This document shows positions 26,866-38,700 of a DNA stretch of 48,719 bases, in pieces. This stretch comes from Amoebophrya sp. A120 (Eukaryota; Protista; Dinoflagellata), in assembly GCA_905178155.1 (NCBI GenBank), contig CAJINV010000002.1, positions 12,716,568 through 12,765,286 on the forward strand. The letters run 5' to 3'. Position numbers and translations under genes: made by a program. How positions within the stretch are numbered: the first letter of the stretch is position 1; each line of letters opens with the position of its first letter. The notes under the pieces were generated by a model that saw only the letters and a list, made by a program, of their open reading frames with translations, made no database searches and was not told the DNA's origin.

Positions 26866-27697
26866 ATGCTGCGAGGGACGCTTTTTCGTGGCGCGCAACA
26901 GGCCGCCGGCTCAAGCAGTGGGAGCTCACAACTGCTGAGCAGTAGGCTCCTCCTTGCGCGATTTCCTGCCATGCCGAGCAACGCATCACCGCTGCTGCAG
27001 CGAAGAGCATTTGGTGGCTCCGTGATGGTGATACCAAAGGTGAAGTCAACGGGGGTGGGCTGGACGCAGTTCGACTACCCCGCGGAGAGTCGCATCCGCT
27101 ACGACGTCGCCCCGAGAACCGTCATGTCACCCTACGCCGGCGGACCAGTGTACCAGTACCTGCGAAATGGCTGGCACCAAACGAAAAGGCGACGTACTTA
27201 GATTAGCCGTCATTCTTTGTTTTGGAACAGGATTCGCTCCTTCTTGGCTCGGGCAGTTCAGCCTTGCAGTTACATTCTTTGAAAAGCAAAAAGTGAACTT
27301 GGCAAGTGTCTACTTGTGCTAAACTTTATCAGTGAAGCACCTGTACCGTGCGGAGGCCGAGAATATGGACCCATTGCAGAGCATTTTCACGGGCGTACCA
27401 GAACAGGAATTGAACCCGCAGAAGAACACGTGGCCTACTCATCTTGATCCGCACGCGTGGTCAGGTAGGGAAATATATTTTTATTTCGTTTTATCCACGC
27501 GAGGACGTTTTTTATTTTTTTGGGTTGTTTTGCTTTTGTTCGCACGACCGCAATCGCGCAACTCTTGCATCTTGATGACAAATACGCACGCCTTCACTTC
27601 TTTCACAGGTCCCATGGACAAAATCTGGGAGGATTTTCACTACCTGTTCATCTTTCCCTTCATCTGCGGTGGCATGTTTGCCTACTTCTTGTACTAA
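26866..27697 (+). CDS. Probable mitochondrion-targeted small protein with C-terminal TM helix
   Basis: Exons 26866-27193, 27333-27464, 27609-27697 (GT-AG). R/S/L-rich, acid-free N-terminus ending LQRRAFGG; C-terminal YLFIFPFICGGMFAYFLY. Confidence 0.7.
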
Positions 27698-28714
27698 TTT
27701 TCTACTATGCTGCTTCGGAGTGTTTTATCATGCATCAATATACTTGCTTTGTCTTCGTATAATTGGGGATCGATGAGATTGCAACAAAAAAGGTCCATGC
27801 CTGAACTCACAATTACAAAACAGCGACCGGTGGCTACGAGTGGACCCATTTGCGATGTTTTGGAAATGGCACGATCCTGACGCAACGACCTGGGCCTCGT
27901 GGCTGCCACACAAAAGCTTCTACCTGTTCTAGAAACTTCCTCATTGACGAGCTGGGCACAGATAAAGTTCGTTGGTATGCTTGTAGTTGTACCGAAAAAT
28001 TCGTATGTGCATCTACAAAAAAAAAGACACCGTCGTAGGAAGGATTGAGTTGCAGCAACGGCGCATGGGACAATCATTCTGCAATGCGGAAAAGATAAGA
28101 CGTGTGAATGGACCGCTGCGAACTCGAGGAGGTCGCTGGTCTCTGAAATATTGATTATCCTCACCAGGTGTTCGCTGCCCACAGATCCCTAGGTTGTCAA
28201 GTTGACGACTCGCAGCAGCTGTGTTTTCTCTCGGCAGCACTTGGTTCTCTGCGATTTATGAAAACCAGGATGAATCTGCGTCGGTCAAGTAGTCGGTGCG
28301 ATCTTTCGAGTGTGTGCACTAGAACTTTAGTCGGTGACCTTTCTTTGTCGTATAGTGCTCGACAATCTGGCGAAAACGCGTGAACCATCCGTACCATAAT
28401 GTGCTGTAGGAAAATTCCTGCCCTCCCGGTAGTGTGATTTTACGAAGGAGCAGAAGTAGGTGTCTCCTAAGTTATTAGCGCGTTGCGTTTTCGCATTTTT
28501 TCACGGGTAATGCAACCAAGGGATGAGCAGGAGTTTCTATACTAACATAGCACATTTCGTTGACCGCATTTTTTACTCGCATTTTACTTGAATAAAAAAA
28601 CGGGTAATAAGAAAACCTGAAAAGGCTCACTACTTTGCGCCTTTCTATTACGACTACAAGCATCGATTTTGGAATTACAGCTGTGGGTCTAAGCGACAAG
28701 CAAAAGCAGAACTC

Positions 28715-30130
28715 ATGGCGGACCTCCAGCCGCTCGCCGTTGTCCTTGCAGTTGGATTTGTTACCGCTGTATTTGTCTTTATCGTGGAGCAAACTTTGCA
28801 CATCGGTGGCGTGAATGAAGTCGACGGGAAAAACATCGATGATTACTACTTTATCGCCGTGTTGCAGGGGTTCTACGTTTTCGCACTAGCAATTTGTCTG
28901 CTGGATATGTACACGCACAAGGTTTTGCTGAAGCAGGTGCCGGAGCGGTTAACGCTCGCGAACGCAGCGACGGCCGAAACTGCGAGTAGGATCGTTAACA
29001 TCGTCTACGCTTTATCACTGGTCGCTTTTCTGGTCCTCCCGCCAGGGTTTGCAGTCGCGTACGAGCTGTTTGGAGCAGCACCTGCATCAGATGCAGTTGG
29101 AAACTTTCCCAGTAGCACGACTCCACTCCACGACGAGGACAGTCTTCCAGTCGGAACGGTTCTGAGCGTGGTGCCCCCGATTTGCCTCGCCCTTCTGTTT
29201 TTCCTGGACCACGAGCGGTATTGCAGAAGACAAGGAACTACGGTGTTTCTCCCCGCCGTTGTCCTCGCGTACGATGGGAAATACGCCCCCACCGCAGCGG
29301 GAAAGCTACGGACGCCGGGAACCATTGCCTTGTTGCAATTTTACTTGATGTCGATCTACCTACACACGACCTGCAAGCGGTTTTTTCGAGGTAAAGAGAG
29401 GGGAACTAGAAAACCGTACCCGATGTTTCGTGTCGCCGCGGAGCTGATTGCCGTGTTTCTCCTGTTCCTGTCGCCACTCGCTGTAATGAGCCTGCTGCAC
29501 GAAATCCAACTTTTGACCCTGAACGGACCCTGGTACGCATTTGTGCCGATTTACGTGTCCTATGGAGGTGAAAACTGATATTGTCCTCCACCCGACAACG
29601 TCACTAGTACGCGCTATTTGTTGTGACGTCGCGATGCAGGTCTTTGAGAAGAAGTGTTACAAACATTATTGTATGCGACAGCAAATAGACATTTTCAACT
29701 CTCGTGGAGTTCGGAGGGAGAGTCACATTTTCACCTTGACACGCTCTTGCTGCTATTGACGGTTTGCCATCACGGGATTCCGATGTGGGACGAGCTTTTT
29801 GACACGGTGATTGACCAGGAACGCACGACGTCACGGAATGGCGGCCTGAGAACCGTGACACGCTCGGTTCGTATACTGGAGAACGTGTTTCATCTCGTGC
29901 TGTTGTTTTACCTCTTCTCGCACGCCTGGTGGGGGATCGCATACCGAGACTGGCTGTTGGGGCTACCGGGCGTGTCACCACTTGTGCTGCTTTTAGCCTG
30001 CTTTCATGTTGTCGCACTGTGCGTCTACGGAAAGAATTCGGAGGCGCTGATATGGCAAAGTTCCAGCGGGAGGCCGGGCAGTACCGCGCTGGGGACGGCT
30101 TTGTTGGGTGGCGACCGAACCAGGATGTGA
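28715..30130 (+). CDS. Multi-pass membrane protein, family not recognised
   Basis: Two ORFs joined in frame by GT-AG intron 29568-29648 (SYG|EEVLQ); many hydrophobic segments. Confidence 0.7.
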
Positions 30131-30514
30131 CCGAATCGGTTCTTTCACATAGTTTGTCGCAAAGCGAAAACACAAACACTGCGCAAGAACAGAAAAATCT
30201 TGCAGCTAAAGATACGATTTGATTTCCACTCTTTTTTTTAGAGTTCTTGGAAATAATCCATTTCGAAGTCAATAAGTACAAAAGTGCTGGATACCGCGTT
30301 CTGTTGATATTTGGCGAAAGCAGTTCGATTCATTGCAATGGGTTCGATTATGTCTTTTTGTGGACATTTGCGAAAAGCACAGCTACGTGGACGAGAGAAG
30401 ATGAGGGAGGTTTTGGGCGCTTCTTTGCGCTAAAGACGTATTATATCGTTGTTGTACATGGAAGATGCAGAAGTCAAAGACTATTCCCATTCGTGCAAGC
30501 TTTGGAAAATCATC

Positions 30515-32175
30515 ATGCCGGCTACATACCTCGTTACCGGTACCAGCAGCGGTATCGGCCTGGACCTGGTAAAAACGCTCGCTGCTCGCGGAGACAAGGT
30601 GTATGCCACGGTGCGGCAGTCGCGCGGCAGCTCCATGACCGGTGAGGACCAGCTTTCGTCCGTGGCTGGGGACGTGACAGTCATTGAAAATGTGGACGTC
30701 AGCGATGACAATGTCGGTAGCGTCTTGAAAAAGGCCTTGGACGGAATCACAATCGATGTGGTCATCCACAACGCAGGCTCGGTCAATGCAACGCGCGAGT
30801 TGAAGGGCGGGGACATCTTTGCGGAGCAAAAGCTGGGAAAGATAAACTACAAGACCATGGTACGCGGGAAACGTAGACTAGAGAAAACCTGCATCGCTGT
30901 GACGTTATTGTGCAGCGGCCCCGTGCTCCATGAGAAGATATGGATGCAAATTCGGGAGGTCGGAGTTTAGCTGAGTTTGCTGCAATAGAAGGGCCCGTTT
31001 GTAAGTGATGCATTTTTCTTTTCGATAGACGCTGCGAACGTTTGATACGAACTGTGTTGGGATTTTGCGTGTGCAGGAAGCCGTCAACGACCAGATCCGC
31101 CTATCGTTCGCAGAAGATTACACGCACCCTTGCTTTTTATCCCACGCGGCTTGTATGAAAGTGTAAATTTTGTTTGCGTGCGAGGATTCATCCGGTTTAC
31201 TTATCCATTTCCGATGTCACGCTGCGATGCATGTGTGTGGGAAGGAAGGGTGGGAATTACGTGTTTTGCAAAGTGATGCTCATCGCCGGGTGGGAAGATC
31301 GTTCTTCTCTCGACAGGAATGGGCTCTATTGCGGATAACGGGTACAGTTTTCTTTGCATGCCTTGTTACAACGATGCGGCGTTGTTGATCTCGCCTAACA
31401 CTGCGGAAAAGGGGCAAGTAGGCGAACACATAGCACGTCTGTAAATGGAAAACGCGCACTTCTTTTTCAAGGTCTCTTGCTGGGAAAAAACGGAAAAAAG
31501 AAAAACTGAAACAGGTCGGGCGGTGTGTACGCCTATCGTTGCAGCAAGGCAGCTATGAACATGGTGGCAAAGGGGCTGTCTTGCGATCTGAAAGAAAAGC
31601 AGATCTGTGTATGTCCGATCGCGCCGGGAATGGTCACAACCGAGTTCGGAATGGGCTCTCAGGTATGACAATTTCCCCCTATTTTTAAAACTTACGCCGC
31701 TTTCATCTTGATACGATCATCAAACTGGTTGACACTGGCGCGAACCTCAGGATTGGAAGTCGTGGTTGAAGTTGGCTGTGATTAGTTGTCCTAGAAGCGG
31801 TTGATCATTGCGCGTTGAAAATTGACGCTTACATCACTCGCGATCCCCATCAGGCGATGTCAAGCTTTGGCGCCGCACCTGTTTCGCAAGCAACGAAGGG
31901 AATTCTGGACAGTATCAAAACTGCAGAAACATTCGTCGCGATCCGTCTTACCGTTTGAGACGATTTTCCTGCATAAACGTACTATATGCAATGTATGCAA
32001 AAACGCAGTCTCGTATGGCGTCACGGAAAGTGACGATGACGTTGCATTCGTGTTCACGACAAATAATGTTTTCGCTGCGATGAATGTCCTCGAGACCAAA
32101 ATGGGCATGGACGGAACTGGGGTGTATTGGATGATACCCACGAGCGGAGACCCACCCAAGGTGATGCCCTGGTAG
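30515..32175 (+). CDS. Short-chain dehydrogenase/reductase, CsgA/C-factor-like (about 258 aa)
   Basis: TGTSSGIG, NAG, STGMGSIADNG, catalytic YAYRCSK, APGMVTTE and terminal MPW. Exons 30515-30859, 31029-31100, 31280-31341, 31515-31662, 31854-31911, 32084-32175 total 777 nt; two introns are non-canonical. Confidence 0.9.
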
Positions 32176-32745
32176 AAGAATCGTACCCGCCGGGAGTGCA
32201 TGCACCAGCAGCAACCGCAGGATGATTTGAATTTAGTGGCATGAAACGCATAGGGAAAAAGACGAGGTTGTCAAATTCATTAGGACGTCAACGTCCTCGT
32301 TTTTCAACATGAACATGTTATTCGCCTCCTGCCGCAGATTTTCTCTCTCATGACTCGAGCTTGTTGGTACTGAATTCGACTCAGCGACGAACAAAGTGTA
32401 GTGATCAACAACAATACACTGCTGTCGTTTTGGGCGTAGTACAGCTCAGGAAACGAAAGATGTTCTTTCAGATACCCGTGCGCACCATTGCTTGTTTGCG
32501 GCCGTAGAAACAAGTTGGAAATCTTTGAGAGGTTGCACGTAGGCACAGACAAACAAAAATTGAGAGGAGCGAGACCTGACTCAAGCAATCTCAAAAGAAA
32601 AGCAAAAGCACGATGAAGAACAGAAAAATATGAATTTTTAGCGGTCCACTCCCAGCAGCGACTTGCCGTTGTGAAAGGATCGGAAAGATGCGGCTCTGAT
32701 GGCTGGCCAACCTTGCGTAAGGACGAACGCTCCTCGCTGCCGGCA

Positions 32746-35700
32746 ATGAATTCTGAAAGCATTGCGGCAAAGAATGGCCCTGGAGGCGATGTGGAGGAGC
32801 AACCACAGGGGGAGACCGGAAACAAAGAGCGGGAGAAAGGAACACATCACCCGCATCCGCCGCCGCCCATTTCGACAAGTAGCACCACTGCAGGAGGAGC
32901 GACTGCGAAAAATCTTCTGTCTGCTAGAACAAGAGCGAGAGGGGAAAAATCCTCGTCGAAAAGAGCACCGGCGGAAAGCAACCGGGATGACACGACTGCC
33001 GACCAGAGTAAGCGCGAGGAGCTTTGTCGTGATGTGTTCCTCTTTCTCGATAAGGCGGAGCGTGGGTTCTTGCTCCGCGCCGAGTTGCGGACGATACTGC
33101 AGGCGGCGATAGAATTCGATCTGGACACTGCGGTGGAAAACTACCGCAACAAAAAAGTTGCAGCCGCCACCTCCTCGACCTCGGGTTCCGGCGTCGGAGG
33201 TGGACGGCCCGGCACTAGTAACGCGGCCAGCGTTGTCTTCAGTAACGCGAATGCAGGAAGCTCTGGTAGCTCGGGGTCGATCAAATCTTGGGACCTATCG
33301 CGGATTTACCCAGATGTTTTTCTGGAGCTCACCAGAGACGTCTCGCTTGCGAAGCTCGAAGATGTGCGTTGGTTCGCGGAGTCCGTGCACCGCGTGGAGC
33401 AGGAGCTGTTGCAAGCGTGGCAGCAGGAGTGCGCGAACTTCCAGCGCGTGCTGGAGCAGCTCTACAGCCGGAATCTGCACTGTTACCTCCTCCGCTTCCT
33501 CCCGCCGAAGGTCGCGAGGTGGCTCAAGTTTCGAATCAAGGAGCGCGAGTCCACCTCGGGCAACGCGTACTACCACAGTGCTGGTGGTGCAACGACAATT
33601 GGTCCAGCATCTGCTGGCGGAGGTTCATCTTCGCCGTCGCGGGGGCACCACGTGCGCGGCGCAGCCAGCAGGGGTGCGGCAACTGGAATAGCTACAACGG
33701 GAAAAACAACAAGTGCTCCTTCTGCGCTCGGGGTGTCGAAGCAGGAAGTCGAAACGTTGCTGGTGAACGAGACGGCGGAAGACATTAAAAAGCTCGTCGA
33801 GCAGATGGAAACGCCGTTTGCGAAGGTGCTGGAGTCGTTTGACTCCTTGAAGAAGGAGCTAAGTGATCAGACCATTGTGCCGATCTACAAGGCACTGGAG
33901 GACCGCGTTCTGCAACAGCTGGAATTTTTGGAAAATGAGGTGACCTCGCGGTTGGTCCCCGAGACCGCCCTGATGCTGCTGCAGGAGGGCGCCCTGCCCT
34001 TCCTCGCCTGTTTGATCCGGTGCCGGGCTTTCACGCAGCAGAGCGCGGTACTGCAGGCCTGTTTGAAACTCGTGCTCGCGCTGCTGGACTTGCGGATCGA
34101 CCTGAAAACGCACGTCGCCGAGGTTTTGTTCGCGGAACACAACAATCCCAAGGTGCTTGCGCAAGTCATGGGCGCCGTAGTTCTTGCAGGAGCACCAGCG
34201 CGGAACGAAGGTGAGCGTACGATGGGAGATGACGTGGTGGATTCGGACTTGCAATTGCTGCGAGCTCTGCTGTCGAGCATGAATGCTGTGTTTCTCAAGC
34301 ACGTGAAGCCTGCGCTCACGAAGTTCCTGGAAGTCGACTACCTGCACGAACAGATGCTGGTTGCGGATCCGCTTTCGCAGGCAAGTTCGCCTTTTGAAAG
34401 CAGGCATGTTGCACTCCCTGCTGCGTGCTGGGCTAATCCTGGTTGCTCCAGCGCCAGCAGCTCCTCGACCTCGTCAGGTGGGCGTCGGTACTTTTTTCGG
34501 ACGAGACGGGCGTCTACGTTCCTCGACCAGACCACGGACAGCGCAAGTTTCGGAGCTTTTAGCCGAGCCCACGGAGCTGCTGTATCTGACGAAGACGGTG
34601 AAGATGATCATCCTACCGGTGCACCAAAGCAGTTTCGCGGTTCGAACAAAAGCGACGCGGAAGAAGCTGACAATCACGGCGCATGCGAGGAGTACTTCAG
34701 CGAGGGTGGGGAAGGCCCTGATCAACAGTTTCGTGGTAGACCTGTAACCGCGACCGGGCTACATGCTCGCTCAAAAGCAGCCGCTTCTGGCTCCTGTTCT
34801 CCTTCGCTGGTCGGCAAGAGCAAGACCACGCTCGGAGCATCGCAGCACGGTGGGCTGAGCAATTTATCGAAGGGAAATAGAGTATGCAGGTCGTGCAAGG
34901 GCAAACGCGTGTTGTGATGAATTGGTCGCCTTGTTGTCTGTCATGATCAGATTTCATGAAAAACTGGCTCGTAAAACAAATGCACGGCTTGCCCACGACG
35001 TTTCCCTGTGGATAGAAATCGATGCAGAAAGAGTGGCGCCATTTGATGGAACAGTCGAGCCGGAAGAGCCTTCCTTGTACGCCGGTCCACAAGGCGGGCG
35101 CGGGAAAGAACCGATCGGGAGGACAACAAGCGAGCGCTGTCGCTGCGCAGAACCATGCTTCCAAAATGTCCACTCGGGCAGGCCTGGAGAAGGGCAGAAC
35201 TACACCACGACTGCTCGACAAGTCTCCGACCGATGGTTTCTATCGTGCAAAGACGGGCGCCGGGGCCGCCGGACAAATGCCAAAGGGTTTCGTGAAAGGC
35301 ACAGCACCGTCCGCATCGTCAGCATCCCAGATGCAGCACAAGCGCGGGCCAGATCTGGAGAAGAAGAAACCTTGGTTTTTCCTGTTTGACGAGGATTCAA
35401 GAGGAGGAAAATCGAGTCTCCGCACGTCGACGACCGCAAGCAAAAGAGCCAATGCGTCTACTACTTCCTCGCAGCCGCATGCGGAAATAAACCAGGGAAT
35501 CAAGGCTAGGATTCCGGCCAACTCCGAGCCCGTTCCCGACAACCTGTTTCCGTCCTTTTCCCTCGGCAGAGAGAAAGCGCGGCTCGTGAAGCAATTCGGC
35601 GCAAACAGATTCGTCTTGCCGGCCTTGCCGAAGCAAATCTTGCATCTGTTCGAGGACAGTATCACGATCAGCGATTTGATCGCCGACTTGTTTTCCAACC

Positions 35701-38700
35701 CGGACAGCAGCGATTTCGACCGAGGCGAAGTGCTGGACAGCCTTATCAAGTTCGACGAGCGAAGGCTGCTGATGGAACACCCTGACCAGGTACATCAATT
35801 GCCCGCAGGAGATAATATCGCTGGAACACCAGACGGTGCTGCAGCCGGCGCTTCCTCTGTGGAACGGTCCGTTTTTTCCTACGGTCGCTTCGTGTTACTC
35901 CTCCTCTTCAAGCTTGACGTCGCATCGAACTTTCGGCAGCACGAGCAGCGCACGCCCCTGCGGACACACATGCTGAAGCTGCTGCTGCAGGTGCTATCCT
36001 GTGCAAAAGTATCGCACTCGTATAAATGCACTACAAATTTCCACAGCATGAGAAATAAAATTTGTAATGCAGTTTTACCTTGCGAGCACGATTTGTTTTT
36101 GTAATGCATGTTTGCGATTACTACGAGTACGATACTTTTGCAGTTCATAGGTGCTGCGCGGGAACAACGCCTGTGGCCGCGTTTTGTTTCATCTTGGAGA
36201 GGGCACCCGGGTGCTTTGCACGCTGATCAAGGGGAATACCTTCGGGAAACAGGGCGCTGCCGAAATCGATGAGGAGGAGGAAGACGACCGGGAGGAAGAG
36301 GATTTTCTGTACCATGTCAACAGCCAGTACGAAAATTATACGGCGACGGCTGCGGCCGGAGGGGGCGGTGCCCAGCACGCGGGCACCAGCGCCAACCAGC
36401 ATCCGCCCTCCGCCTCAACGAACAACTCCAGCACGCCGCAGCTCAGCCCGCAGCTGGGCGCCCAAGTTTCGCACGACACCTGGCCCTACACACAGACGTT
36501 TGAACATGCGCAGTACTACGCGCTGGATTTTCTGGACGACAAGTTCTACGGCAGTCGGGACCGGCAGCTGGCCACGGCGTTTCTGGAGACGCTGGGGGAA
36601 CTGTGGGGCACGGAGGCTCTGGTCCAGGAGCTGTTCGCCTACCCCTACTCGCTGCAAATCTTCACGCGCGCCCGGGACGCCGGGAACCTGTGCTACCTGA
36701 TCTCGGAGATGCTGACAAGTCCTCTGTTTGACGAGTACCTCTTCAACGTGGCCAAGCACCTTGCGCGCGCGTACTCCCAAGACCTCCTCGTCCCCCTAAT
36801 CACGCCGGATGGAGTATCCTGTGTAAAAACGTCCCCACCCCAGAGTTGTATTGCAAATCTGCATGCTGAAATTGTTTCTCATGCGGAGCCCCATGAGAAG
36901 CATTTTCTAATGGCGTTTTGCAATTTGTCATGCTCCAATCAGCATGAGAGACTAGATCTGTAATGCTGCTGATCTAGCTCAAACAGCACTACACTACGCG
37001 TCCAAATTTGTCATGCGAAACAGCCAAAGCTTGTGGATTTGTCTAGCCGATTCCCCATCTTGACTACGGGGTGGGTACGTTTTTACATAGGATATGGAGC
37101 CACCTGTTCCCTGTGGCCGGTAAGGTACGACGATGAAAACTTCGCCACGGCGCCGCCAGGACGAGATTTTCTCTACAGCGAGCCCGAAGCGGCCGTGGGG
37201 TCGCAAGCGGAGCGAGACCGGCGCGGCGGAATAAAGTGGACGGCAGCACAGGCGAACGAGAATAACATGTCAGTTTTTCGGAGCTTCCAGGGAAAGTTTG
37301 TGCACATGCAGGCGCAAAACATCCAGCTACGGGTACTGGCCGCGGCTTTTCACCACCTGCAGATTTTCCTGCAAGAAGAGAACGAGAAGCGCAACAGCGG
37401 CACGAACAACCCCGCGGCCGCCGGCGGAGCAAGCAACGGAATGCTGTTGACCACCCAGCAAGACAGCTTCCTCAGTGATCTCACCTGTTTATCCTATGGG
37501 GAAGTTTTGTCGCTAGTTTGCCTCTACTTTGTTTCTTCAGGGCAGACGGAAAAAGAAGCCTGGTGTGTTTCCGCAATAAGGTTTTTATCGGTAAAAGAAA
37601 AGAACACGATAGAAGAAATGTGGTATGTAGTGTTACGTCTACGCTGACTAGTTATTCGGCGAAGCTGCATCAATAGGTGAATGAAATGGATCATAAATGA
37701 GAACAGCAAACTAGCATGGTGAGAGTTGATACTGTTGTTGCGAGCTGCTGGCCGAAAAGGTTTACCAATTGTTGGTATTCGAAGAGGACAAACGGCCTCT
37801 CGCGTCCGTCCTCGTCAACGTCTTTGAGGAGATCCGGCATTTCAGCCGCCGCGCGCTGTTGGCCGTGTCGCCCCTCGCCCCGGTCAACGTGGACGAGCGG
37901 CAGAAGGCCCGGACGCTGGAATTCGCCAAGTTTGTGCAACCGCGGCCCATGTACTTCGGGCATTACCAGCAGCTGATTTACAACAACTCCAGCCTCCTCG
38001 GCGGCAACCTCCCGATCGGAAACCGCGAGATTGTCACAGAGTACGGCCGGAAATTGAAATGCCTCCAGGGCAGCGGCAACATCATCACGGGAGAGAACCG
38101 GTACCTGTCTGAGCCGGCCCTGTACCCGACCGAATTTCTCATCGTCCTTCGGATCTTGCAGTTGCTGCGACTGCACGTGGAAGCAGCAGCAGCGTCGGGT
38201 GGCACGTCGCAGCCTGGTGGTGCCGCTGCCGTGAACGGGGGCCCTGGAGGAGGTGGTCCACTAGGAGCAGATGGGGCGCTAGGTGGTTCCTGTCTGCAGA
38301 TCTTGGACCGAAATTTTCGGCAAAACTCCTTTGTCAAAGACCTCGTGGAGTCACTCGAGCAACTCACGGGGTTGAAACCCAGTCACGTTTTTTTCGCGCA
38401 GCAGCAGGAAGACTTGCAAGTGCTCGAAGATGACGAGTTGGTTGCGCTGCCGTGGAGAACAGGTATGCCTGAAGATTATATGAGGCGCTAGCTGGTGCCC
38501 TGTTGGGTAGCTTCGCATGTATGTTTTTTTCGCTGTAGAAGGGAGATGAACCTGTCGACATACTTTTTCAGGTATTGTGCCTTTGAACACATTTCGTCTG
38601 TCGCAAGTACCACTGCGGCGCTCCAACCTCCGGGGCTACCCGCGGCACTCGTTGCTGCATCTGGTAGGCAGCTTGATAGCGCTTTTGAAGCAGTACGAAG

